This document shows positions 8,350 through 16,800 of a stretch of DNA of 64,000 nucleotides, in pieces. Below the pieces are notes generated by a model. It searched no databases, was not told where the DNA came from, and was given only the letters and a program-made list of their open reading frames with translations. Source of the stretch: Idiomarina sp. (lineage in GTDB: Bacteria; Pseudomonadota; Gammaproteobacteria; Enterobacterales; Alteromonadaceae); contig NZ_JBLXHB010000004.1 of NCBI RefSeq assembly GCF_048260185.1, positions 88,622 through 152,621 on the forward strand. Direction: 5' to 3'. Positions within the stretch are counted from its first letter, which is position 1, and every line of letters starts with the position of its first letter. A program made the translations under genes and the position numbers.

Positions 8350-8992
8350 TTTATTATGGCCAAGACTATCAGGTAAATCAGATGACGAATCATTAAAGAG
8401 AGATCTTGAATTAATAAAGAAAGCTGATCCCGGTGACTTTGTTGATGTCGCGCTAGGCGAAGCTCGGAGGCTTTACGATCAAGAGCAACAACGAAGGTCC
8501 TCTGCTGACAGTAAGGGTGGACTATATCTTGGTGTCGCTACAGCTTTCCTCGCGTCACTAATCACATTGTCTCCATTAGCAATCGATATTATTGGGAGAT
8601 CAGAATCTGGTCTGTATTCGGCACTGTCGTGGCTAATGGTTATAACGATGGGCATATCAGCTATTGTTGCGTTTCGTTGTATTCTCTGGGCAAAACACGC
8701 ATTGAAAGTAGCAGCCTTTCGAACTATGAGCTGGAGAGATTTACTCAATGTTGGTGATGAAAAAGTTGAGCTGACCTTATTTCGTGACACTCTGAAATGT
8801 CTGCGTCACAATTATGTGGCGACGAATGAGAAAGTGACGAATGTGAAAATGGCGGAAGCACTTTTAAAAAGTGCGTGGTTTTGGCTAATCCTAAGCCTTC
8901 TTGTAAGACTTTTTTATCACCTAATAGAGGGCAGCCCGAGTGGCTCTGAAACTATCATCAATGTAATTAGCATCTGTTCTGAGATGGCGTGA
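8339..8992 (+). CDS. hypothetical membrane protein, third gene of the ATP-grasp operon
   Basis: The ORF track starts at a TTG at 8321; the ATG at 8339 (MNFDLLWPRL...) overlaps the ATP-grasp stop by 11 nt. It has 3-4 TM helices (LYLGVATAFLASLITLSPLAI; WLMVITMGISAIVAFRCILWA; AWFWLILSLLVRLFY). Confidence 0.5.
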   Translation: MNFDLLWPRLSGKSDDESLKRDLELIKKADPGDFVDVALGEARRLYDQEQQRRSSADSKGGLYLGVATAFLASLITLSPLAIDIIGRSESGLYSALSWLMVITMGISAIVAFRCILWAKHALKVAAFRTMSWRDLLNVGDEKVELTLFRDTLKCLRHNYVATNEKVTNVKMAEALLKSAWFWLILSLLVRLFYHLIEGSPSGSETIINVISICSEMA

Positions 8993-9130
8993 ATGGACTT
9001 CCCAGATTTTGCTAGACAAATTTAACCTTTACAATGTAACTAAAATGAGAGGTGTTTATGAGAAAAGGAAAACGTTGCCTCGTCTAAATATACATACGTA
9101 CTTTTACTACGGTCCTTGTCAGTTGCTGAC

Positions 9131-9568
9131 TCAAGCTTCATTTTCAAACCACAAGTATCCTAAAAACCTTGTCGAATCGTTATGAATAGCAAGGAATAGT
9201 TCTGACGCCTCTTTCTCAATTTTTAACAAACGTTCGTCAAGAGAAGCAGCTTGCCATTCTTGATAACCATTGTGTGCATCTATACAGGATGCAATAGCTT
9301 TATGACTTAGGAAGTTTCGTTCATCTTTGAACTTGTTGAGGCGTTTAACCAACTCTTGATTATCGGAAAACTTCTTAAATTCAGTAATTAGCCTTTCGAG
9401 AGAGTGGTTTTGAAAATCGTCGCCGGACATTCCAAAGGGCATACGGTCACCCAGACGTTTTTTTATGAGGGCGACAGCGTGAGCTAAATAGAGCTTCAAC
9501 TCCATCTCTACCATCTGACATCCTGATAGCGCTCTCGAAACCTTGAGGAAAAACTCGTCTTGCTCCAT
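9131..9568 (-). CDS. HEPN-domain protein (paralog 1)
   Basis: 145 aa, all-helical pattern. Rx4H motif RNFLSH. Shares the block L(E)RL...F.K......EL..RLNK.+..RN...H with the 12505..12933 product. Confidence 0.55.
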   Translation of the reverse strand: MEQDEFFLKVSRALSGCQMVEMELKLYLAHAVALIKKRLGDRMPFGMSGDDFQNHSLERLITEFKKFSDNQELVKRLNKFKDERNFLSHKAIASCIDAHNGYQEWQAASLDERLLKIEKEASELFLAIHNDSTRFLGYLWFENEA

Positions 9569-9585
9569 ATGCCCTCTAAACAGCT

Positions 9586-10050
9586 AACCTTTGAATATTG
9601 TGCGTGTGTTCTTCGTAACTCGTTCCATTTTTAGTTGCCGCATATTAAGTTGCTGCTCAAATGAGCATTCTGAGAGGTTTTGAGTTAACAAAAATCAACA
9701 TGAGCAAGCTAGCTTACCTTTTAAGGGGCGTACAATACTAAATTTTAGTTTTTCTTTATGTAATTGACACTAAACGACCTAAATACGCAAAACAACAACA
9801 AAACGTGCAATGTTGATGAGGCAAGCGTGCCGTACATCGTTAGCAACATTCCCACTTAACAATAGCAGGCCGGTTAATCTCTAAATTGAAGTAGAAAAAA
9901 GTCTTAAAAAGGCTAATGATTCGCTCTTCGTTTGTTGCTGAACTTCGGTTTCGTGCCAAGAGAGGACTTTAAATTTTACTCTCCGCGCCTCCATCTGCGA
10001 CAACTCAGGCTTTAGAGAACTAGTGGCGATTCAGTCATATTAGTGAGCCC
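9586..10050 (-). repeat. copy B (uninterrupted) of the ~470-nt conserved non-coding module
   Basis: Homologous block-by-block to 5261-5650 + 6909-6950. It lies between the stop of 10084..10797 and the start of 9131..9568. Confidence 0.7.
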
Positions 10051-10083
10051 TGCGTTCCTGTGCTTCCTCCTTGATAAGATACG

Positions 10084-10797
10084 TTACTCATTTATGGAGG
10101 AATCAATCCTCTGTACCCAAAGGTTTTTAAATTTATGAGCACTGATAACGTGTTTTATATTATCCATCAGCGTATAACCGATCGCAGAAAAAATAGCTCC
10201 AAGCATAAGTAAAGGCACCAGAATACTGTCTAAAAAGTGCTCTCCTTCAATCGAAAATAACTCCCTTATCAACAAACTAAAAAAACCGGACAGAGAGAAG
10301 GAAATACAAATAAGGGCACCAACTAAAAATGTGAGACTAAGCCTTTGGAGAGAGATTGAAGCTTTTTTAATACTCCAAACTTTATTAGACTTGGCTGTTG
10401 GAGCTATTAAAGCTTGCCGCCCCCTTGCGTAAGCCTCAACAGTCGTCAGAGGAAAACGTAAACGTGAAACTTCATCCTCCCCTAGTTCATCGACAAAAAC
10501 ATATCTGGCGTCATAGGCCTCCCAAATTTGCTCTTTTAGAGATCGTATCAACGCAGTATCAGAACTACGGATTATAAAATCATTGATTTCTTCCGAGTCT
10601 GCACTTTTCATAGCTTCCAATGAGGCTATTCGAAATTTATGATGTTCACGCTTTTTCTTTTTCGGATCCCAATCCGCAAGTAATTTTCGAAATCTGAAGA
10701 AAGCAAAGACTGCTATTGAGGTTCCAAGGACTATTATTGCAACATCTGAACCAATGAAATCAGTTTCTTTTATCAAGTTTAGTAATGTATTCAACAA
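10084..10797 (-). CDS. hypothetical multi-pass membrane protein
   Basis: 237 aa. One N-terminal TM (VAIIVLGTSIAVFAFF), a soluble middle region, and 2-3 C-terminal TMs (LTFLVGALICISFSLSGFFSLLI; LVPLLMLGAIFSAIGYTL). Confidence 0.5.
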   Translation of the reverse strand: MLNTLLNLIKETDFIGSDVAIIVLGTSIAVFAFFRFRKLLADWDPKKKKREHHKFRIASLEAMKSADSEEINDFIIRSSDTALIRSLKEQIWEAYDARYVFVDELGEDEVSRLRFPLTTVEAYARGRQALIAPTAKSNKVWSIKKASISLQRLSLTFLVGALICISFSLSGFFSLLIRELFSIEGEHFLDSILVPLLMLGAIFSAIGYTLMDNIKHVISAHKFKNLWVQRIDSSINE

Positions 10798-11322
10798 CCT
10801 ATTCCCTTTGAAGCTGGAGTGATTTAGCTCGCTTATATCTATTTACATTAGTAGAGTATTTTAATAAATATTCTACAATCGTTTAATAAGGTTAGATACT
10901 CAATTCACTTAAATTTGAGGGGGCCCTGACAGTTTCCTCGTCAAAAAATAACGAACACACATTGCGTTGCACTGAAAGATTTAACTCACAGCTCCTAGCG
11001 GCTTGAAGGTTCGATGCCAATAGCAGAGATTGGTATTTTTACGAATAACAAATTTGAACTGGTTCTTTGGTGAGCCGTGTCTAAAAAACTCCTCACCGCG
11101 TTAAGCATTTTACTGTCATTGAAAAAGTGTAAATCGCAAAAAAGTAAGGGTGGCTTACCATGCGGACACTCCAATTTCATATCAGGTGGCAAGAGAGCAG
11201 AAAAATTATAAAGCAATTTAGAATCAATAAGTTATAGAGGACTCTATGTTGCACATTGACTTCTTGTGTTAATTTCTCGTTAACAAAGCTAAGCTATTTT
11301 TTTATTTCTCTTTATTTTTTTC

Positions 11323-11895
11323 ATGTCAACCTCTATCATGTGCGGTGAACACAACTTTTCCTTTTATGTTAATTTTCTTATGAGCATTATGAATAAAGAG
11401 AGCATTTCAAGAATACTTGAAGCCTTCGCTTACATAGCGGAGCGCGCTCCTGCGCACAAGAAAAATATGTATAACGTGCTAAAGGTATTCTACCTTGCTG
11501 ATAAGCTCCATATGGAGCGTTATGGTCGCTTTATCTTTGATGAAAGTTACTCGGCAATGGAAAAAGGACCAGTTCCGTCAACAGCTTATGATCTGATTAA
11601 AAATATCGGAAAGGGTAAAGAGCTACCATTCTCAGTTGAGTCGCCAGTGAAGTTAGGTTCAAATTATATTGTTACTGCAAAAAGACAAGCAGATGAAGAT
11701 CTTTTTAGCGGTTCTGATCTGCTATGCATGGACGAAGTTATTCAGCTAAGTGAGAATGAAGATTTAGGTGACCTTAGTCACGACGAGGCATGGAAAAGGG
11801 CAGGACGCAATAACTTCATGCCTGTTGAAGCTATCCTATCAACGCTTCAAAATAGCAAAGCACTATTAGAGCTTCACCATAATAGACACCCTTGA
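11323..11895 (+). CDS. Panacea/DUF4065 (SocA-like) antitoxin-domain protein
   Basis: NVLKVFYLADKLHMERYGRFIFDESYSAMEKGPVPSTAYDLIKN matches the Panacea core pattern (KL.K..Y.AD..H....GR.I....Y.A...GPVP...Y). The likely true start is an internal Met at 11380 or 11389. Confidence 0.7.
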   Translation: MSTSIMCGEHNFSFYVNFLMSIMNKESISRILEAFAYIAERAPAHKKNMYNVLKVFYLADKLHMERYGRFIFDESYSAMEKGPVPSTAYDLIKNIGKGKELPFSVESPVKLGSNYIVTAKRQADEDLFSGSDLLCMDEVIQLSENEDLGDLSHDEAWKRAGRNNFMPVEAILSTLQNSKALLELHHNRHP

Positions 11896-11937
11896 TCGTA
11901 ATTAGGTGCCAGGGAAGAGTACGAGCAAGGGAAATAA

Positions 11938-12408
11938 ATGCCAGCCAGTCAAAGTCCATTTGCCAAATTAATAGAAAATAATCTGAGAGTAGGCGCGGTA
12001 CTTCACAAGCACTGCGATTTCACGACTCCACCCAAAAATAAATTCTTGGTTGTAGCATCACTTGAGCCTAGGTTACTAGTGTTATTGATTAACTCGGAAA
12101 TAAATCAGTTTTATTTTCAGGAAGGATTAGATCACTTCCATGTTCCTTTACCCGAAGCTGAGCACAAATTTTTAGCACATGATTCTTATGCAAGTTGCAT
12201 CGAAGCTCATACTGCATTTGATTGCAGCCAAATTAGGCAAGAAGTTCTTAATGACTATGTGAATGTTTTTAAAGGTTGGCTGACTGATGAATGCTTGGAA
12301 GCGGTATACCACGCAGTTAAAGGCAATAACATGATTCGTAAAGGTCATCAAAAGGAAATAATCGCTTCTATCGAAGGCCAGCTAACACATCTTCACACCG
12401 CCTTTTAG
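11938..12408 (+). CDS. hypothetical protein; candidate cognate toxin of the Panacea antitoxin
   Basis: 156-aa ORF 42 nt downstream of the Panacea gene on the same strand. No recognisable motif. Assigned from gene order only. Confidence 0.4.
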   Translation: MPASQSPFAKLIENNLRVGAVLHKHCDFTTPPKNKFLVVASLEPRLLVLLINSEINQFYFQEGLDHFHVPLPEAEHKFLAHDSYASCIEAHTAFDCSQIRQEVLNDYVNVFKGWLTDECLEAVYHAVKGNNMIRKGHQKEIIASIEGQLTHLHTAF

Positions 12409-12504
12409 GTTCCAAATTTCAACGTAATCTCCTCTCAATCGGATAAATAGGCGTCCGCCGGAGGGTCTTCCGGCCTAGAACGAACTGAAACAATTAGTTA
12501 GACC

Positions 12505-12933
12505 CTATTTTCCGGCAAAACCCGAGTGTAAGGCTTTCGTTTCTTCGACGACCAGGTCCAGACACTCTGTCAGTTCGTCTTCAAGGTAGAAAAACTCTCC
12601 ATGCTTTTTCTGTACGACCTCCTTGTCATATATAGTGCCCATGACGATGATTAGCGACTCATGCGCCACATGGTTTCTTTGAGCTCTAAGCTTATTCAGA
12701 CGTTCCAGTAACTCCCGATTGCCATTGAGCTTTCCAAAAACATTCAGCAGCCTCTCAAGAGGGAAATTCTCAACATCGGCTACTGAATAATCGAAATGCA
12801 TACGTCCATTCAGAGACAGGCCGATAAGCTCATAGGCTCTCCCGATGTACAGCTTCAGTGTCAACTCCAGTAACTGGAAATTACTCAGAATCCGGAGTGT
12901 CATAGCTTTGTAGGATTCGCGAACATCTGCCAT
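12505..12933 (-). CDS. HEPN-domain protein (paralog 2)
   Basis: 142 aa with Rx4H motif RNHVAH. Alignable by eye with 9131..9568 (PLERLLNVFGKLNGNRELLERLNKLRAQRNHVAH versus SLERLITEFKKFSDNQELVKRLNKFKDERNFLSH). Confidence 0.55.
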   Translation of the reverse strand: MADVRESYKAMTLRILSNFQLLELTLKLYIGRAYELIGLSLNGRMHFDYSVADVENFPLERLLNVFGKLNGNRELLERLNKLRAQRNHVAHESLIIVMGTIYDKEVVQKKHGEFFYLEDELTECLDLVVEETKALHSGFAGK

Positions 12934-12949
12934 TCTTGTGTCTAACCCC

Positions 12950-13459
12950 TCAATCAGCCAACGCGTTAGAGGTCGGCTGCATTGACTTATTAACTCTTAT
13001 TGCTTTGATAGTCGTAACCATTGTTTTGGCGGCTTCTTTTAACTTACTACGCTTTGATACGTAGTTTTCATCTTTATTTGATGTGGTCTCTAACTCGACA
13101 AATAACAATGATTTGGTAGCTAAATATGTTTCAGGAAAGAACTTTCTATTGGACTCAAGAAAAGCCATGCCGGATATTACGATCCCTCTAAACTCTCCGC
13201 GAGATGTGTAATCAAATTTCTCTAGCTTCGGCCATGACTCTAGCAATTTATCTGCTTCAAGCCTTGCATTCATTAATGCTCGATTCTCTGCCTCAAGATT
13301 ATGTGTTTCTACCCATGAATACGCAGCAACAACTGTGCTAATAACTGAAATTAATAATAACGCATAAGTTAGAGGCTTTTCTTTGTGCTTATAAAGCTGG
13401 AAAGCCAGGCCGAATAAGCTCGCTAGCGACGCAATTGTTGTAAAAATAGCTATACCCAT
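12950..13459 (-). CDS. hypothetical 2-TM / coiled-coil protein, upstream partner of HEPN paralog 2
   Basis: I place the start at MGIAIFTTIASLASLFGLAF (ATG 13459-13457), preceded by AAGGAG. The longer tracked ORF (to 13594) would read through an attC-like site and an IS end. The stop lies 16 nt before the HEPN start. Confidence 0.5.
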   Translation of the reverse strand: MGIAIFTTIASLASLFGLAFQLYKHKEKPLTYALLLISVISTVVAAYSWVETHNLEAENRALMNARLEADKLLESWPKLEKFDYTSRGEFRGIVISGMAFLESNRKFFPETYLATKSLLFVELETTSNKDENYVSKRSKLKEAAKTMVTTIKAIRVNKSMQPTSNALAD

Positions 13460-13483
13460 GCAAGCTCCTTGAGGGTAAAGAAA

Positions 13484-13535
13484 ATTAAAGCCGCGCTCTG
13501 CGGGAAGTTTGTCCGACAGCAACGCTTTGTTAAAA
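13484..13535 (-). other. attC-like site, short and partly degenerate (~52 bp)
   Basis: The arms GCCGCGCTCTGCGG / CCGACAGCAACGCTTTGTTA are near-identical to those of the 3507-3577 site. The GTTRRRY box is degenerate (CTTTAAT on the gene strand). Confidence 0.4.
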
Positions 13536-13579
13536 GTTGTCACGGCTAATCCACGAAGCCACAGCGAACAAATAGGCAA

Positions 13580-13712
13580 TGATACTGGGGGCATTCCACT
13601 CCGTAACGCTTCTCGTACTCTACTGGTGATAGTAAATTATTGTAACCATGTTTTTGTTTGCTGTTATAAAACATCTCGATGTAATCGAAGATATGACTTT
13701 GGTAAGTAAGGT
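13580..13712 (-). pseudogene. IS3-family transposase C-terminal remnant plus IS end
   Basis: The reverse strand translates to ...SHIFDYIEMFYNSKQKHGYNNLLSPVEYEKRY.... This is homologous to the C-terminus of the intact OrfB ([29 protein letters not shown]). Stops lie immediately upstream, and it ends ...CCCCCAGTATCA. Confidence 0.7.
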
Positions 13713-13888
13713 CAGGCTTAGGGAGAAATCCTATTCAATACTTTTAAACGATTGAGAAGTAAAATTTTTCACGAAAGCCTTATAATTCAATACTGACGTT
13801 AGAACAAGCGCCATGTAAACCTCTTTCTAATCGTCACAGGTAGCACATATTGCTTCAAAGAGGTGTTCGGCTAGCTCGCTCAAACTAC

Positions 13889-16800
13889 TTATTTAACGTT
13901 AGCCTCAGTGGATAACCTGGGACGCAAATCAAGAAGATGTACATGAATATAGGTATCACTTCCCAGAGCCTGTTGAACTCTGTCAGACTCAGCAATAAGC
14001 AACGATAACAACTGATCTGCTTTGATCTTGTGTTTCTCAACTGGATGATGCCATTGGCGATCTTTCGTAAGAGTTATCAGCAAAGCTCCAGCCCTACAGT
14101 GTTCAGCCGCCATATATTTTCTGACCAATTGCCCTTCAATTGTATCTAGCAGCTCTTTCGCAGAGCGATTTGCATTACCCAGCTTGAGTTCAATCACAGC
14201 TTCATGTTTCGACAGAACAGAACGCAGACGTATATCGGTTTCCTTCTCGTCAGCCGTTACCGCCTCTTGGTCGACAGTGTAAAGTGAATTTGCGGCGCGC
14301 TTAAGTTCTCGCGCAATTACTCGACGCATTATCTTCTCATCTGATATTAACGCCCAAGCTTCTCTCGGTGAATCGTCGTGTAGTAAAAGTTCATCAAGAT
14401 CAGATAACCGATCCTTCAATAACGCAAACATGGCTTCATTCGTTGAAGCTGGAGCTTCACCAGTTCTATCAAGATCTACTGCTTGAGCTTCATCAAATGT
14501 ATCAGCATCGATCTCTAGTGCCCAATTCTCTGCTGCCACAGCCAAAATGCGATCCTTGAAATGAGCGCACAAAGGATCTGCAGCCATTTCTATCTTGGCG
14601 GCCAAGCCCTCATTTCCTCTCGCGTCAAGCAATGCGCTTACAATGCTATTGCGCGCCTGTTCTGCGTTGTCTCTAGTGTCGGGTGAATAGGACCCTTCGT
14701 GGTGCGCATCGTCCTGTATTCGAACGTGGCGATAGGCCAAACGAAGAAGCCTGAGCAGTAATTGCGGCGTTAATCGTTCGTCACGCAAACTAATTCCGTC
14801 TTGGTCATTCCCAAAGAGTTTGGCTAGCCATGTCACAGCGTCCGATCGCTTAGAAGGTTCAACTCTCTTAACTAGGTCAGTTAGCCGTTCGATCCCCTCC
14901 TGCGGTTCAATCTGCATTAAGGTGGACAACCAAACAAGGCGCATCGAAAACGGCAATTGTTGCTCCAACCTCTGGAGTGCCTGTTCTTGAAGTTTCTTAA
15001 TTTCCGCAGCATTGCCATGCTTAATGATAATCCGTGTGGCTTGCCGAACCCTTCCGGCCATTCCGCTAGTGTCATCGCCACCATTAATATCCTCCCCACC
15101 GTCATCTAGCCAGGACTCCAGTCGCGGTAAAAATAAACAGGCAACCCTTTCAGGCGCATATTCAACTACTTGAAGTAGATTCAAAGAGCCTTGTTCACTT
15201 GACGACCGGTTCAGCTGCCACGAAAACTCATTTCCAAGCGTCCTGTCCACAGCTTTTGGATGTGTGTCTACGAGGTCCTCGAGCCACTTAGGCAGGCCGT
15301 TTAGTTCAATTGGAGCGTAACGCGCGGCTAGCTCAGCTTCGGCATCGCTGAGTTTAGCTTCCCAGCCTGGGGCCTCCGCTTCAGCGTAGATCGCGGCCAG
15401 ACCAAGTTGCCAACGTACAAGAAATGTATTGCGCTCGCCTTCGGACCTTTCGCTGGGAAAAGTTGGATGGTCATCACGCCAGATCTTCATCAGCACCCGG
15501 CGAAGCTTGTCGGCCGTGTCTTGATTGAATTGCTCTTCAATGAATCGCCGGTTCCAGCCTGATGCTCTACTGTCTGCACCATCATGACTCATAGCGCGCC
15601 ACAAGTTCCAAGCTGTGTTCCAGCTTTGCTCCGTCGAAAATGCTTTTTCAGGCTGGTTGGCAACTTCTCGCCAGAACTGAATCCAGCTCGCGCGGCTCTT
15701 GGCCTTACGCCGCTCTTCCTGCTTCTTTTTTTCAGCCTGCTCCTTTTCCCAATGAAGATGCTCTTTTTCGTATTTCGATGGCTTCAGCCAGTCGTCAAGT
15801 CTTTGCACGAATGAAGGTTCATCCACTATGAGGGACCTAAGTCCCTCATAGTGTTTTCTCCTTGTATCACGATCCGGCGACAGACGGATGGCTGCCTCCA
15901 AGAGCATTGCGCGTTCATCCGCATCCCGGGTCGTGTCTCCAAGCGCTTCGCTCACCCAAGTCAGATCCCGGTCCGGTCTTAGCTGAACCGGTCCATCGTG
16001 GATAGTGAGTTCTGCGAGCCGTCTCCAAGGATCTTTGATTTCATGGAGCGACTGCAGCAAAGCGTCCTCAACCCAGAAAAGACGCTCATTGTCCTCTGCT
16101 TTCAGATTGATGAGCTGTTTGCGAAGTGATTTGATCGATTCGTCGTTATAATGGTCTTGGTGGTGTAATCGCAATGCGACTACACTAGCATGAAGCCACT
16201 GATCGTCTTGGCTTATATCCAAGCCGCGTTTACATGTTGCTGCGAGTGCTTCACTGAGATGTGCCCGATCACTGGTAATATGCGGCCACTCTTTTCGCCA
16301 TGTAAGCCCCTCTGAGACAAGCGCAAGGAAGCCGTTACGAAGTTCCTCAAGGTCAGGGAACTCAAGAGACGACCTTGCTATCAGAATTGGAAGTTGCCAA
16401 TTAAAGTCGCCTATATTTCGCTTCCCTTGCTTTATCCATCTAAGGGTCCGACAAAGCTGCTCAACCGACATGTACTTTGGAAAAAGGCGTAGTATGGCAC
16501 CGCATGCTACTCTATCAGGCCAGAGATAATCACCATCAGCTATACAGACAGAAATGCTTTCTAATCTCTCGTCAGCGAGTGCGACTAACGCGTCAATAGC
16601 CATTATACGTTCGACCGCAGTTGCTGAAATGTCCTGAGTTATATCGAATACGATATCTGCACAAGCTTCTATGCGACCAGCTTCTATAAGGCTGATGAGA
16701 ACTTCTCGCACATCCGGATTCTCTACCCCACAACGCCAAATCCTTTCAACTTCTTTTGCCAGCCCATTCGACGCAAATCGATGGACCTGAATGTGAGGAA

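Noticed and set aside
10995-11216. 73-aa minus-strand ORF in the 10798-11322 intergenic region
   Set aside because: No RBS, no motif and low-complexity codon content. It cannot be supported, although the 525-bp gap itself remains unexplained.
13460-13594. N-terminal 45 codons of the tracked ORF 12950..13594
   Set aside because: This extension reads through the attC-like hairpin and the IS-end 20-mer. An internal ATG at 13459 with an AAGGAG RBS and an immediate TM helix is a far better start.
1964-13900. Integron integrase (intI) or attI platform next to the attC-like sites
   Set aside because: No ORF in any frame of the supplied track resembles a tyrosine recombinase (no R..H..R..Y-type C-terminal region). 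The sites are therefore reported as an integrase-less cluster only.
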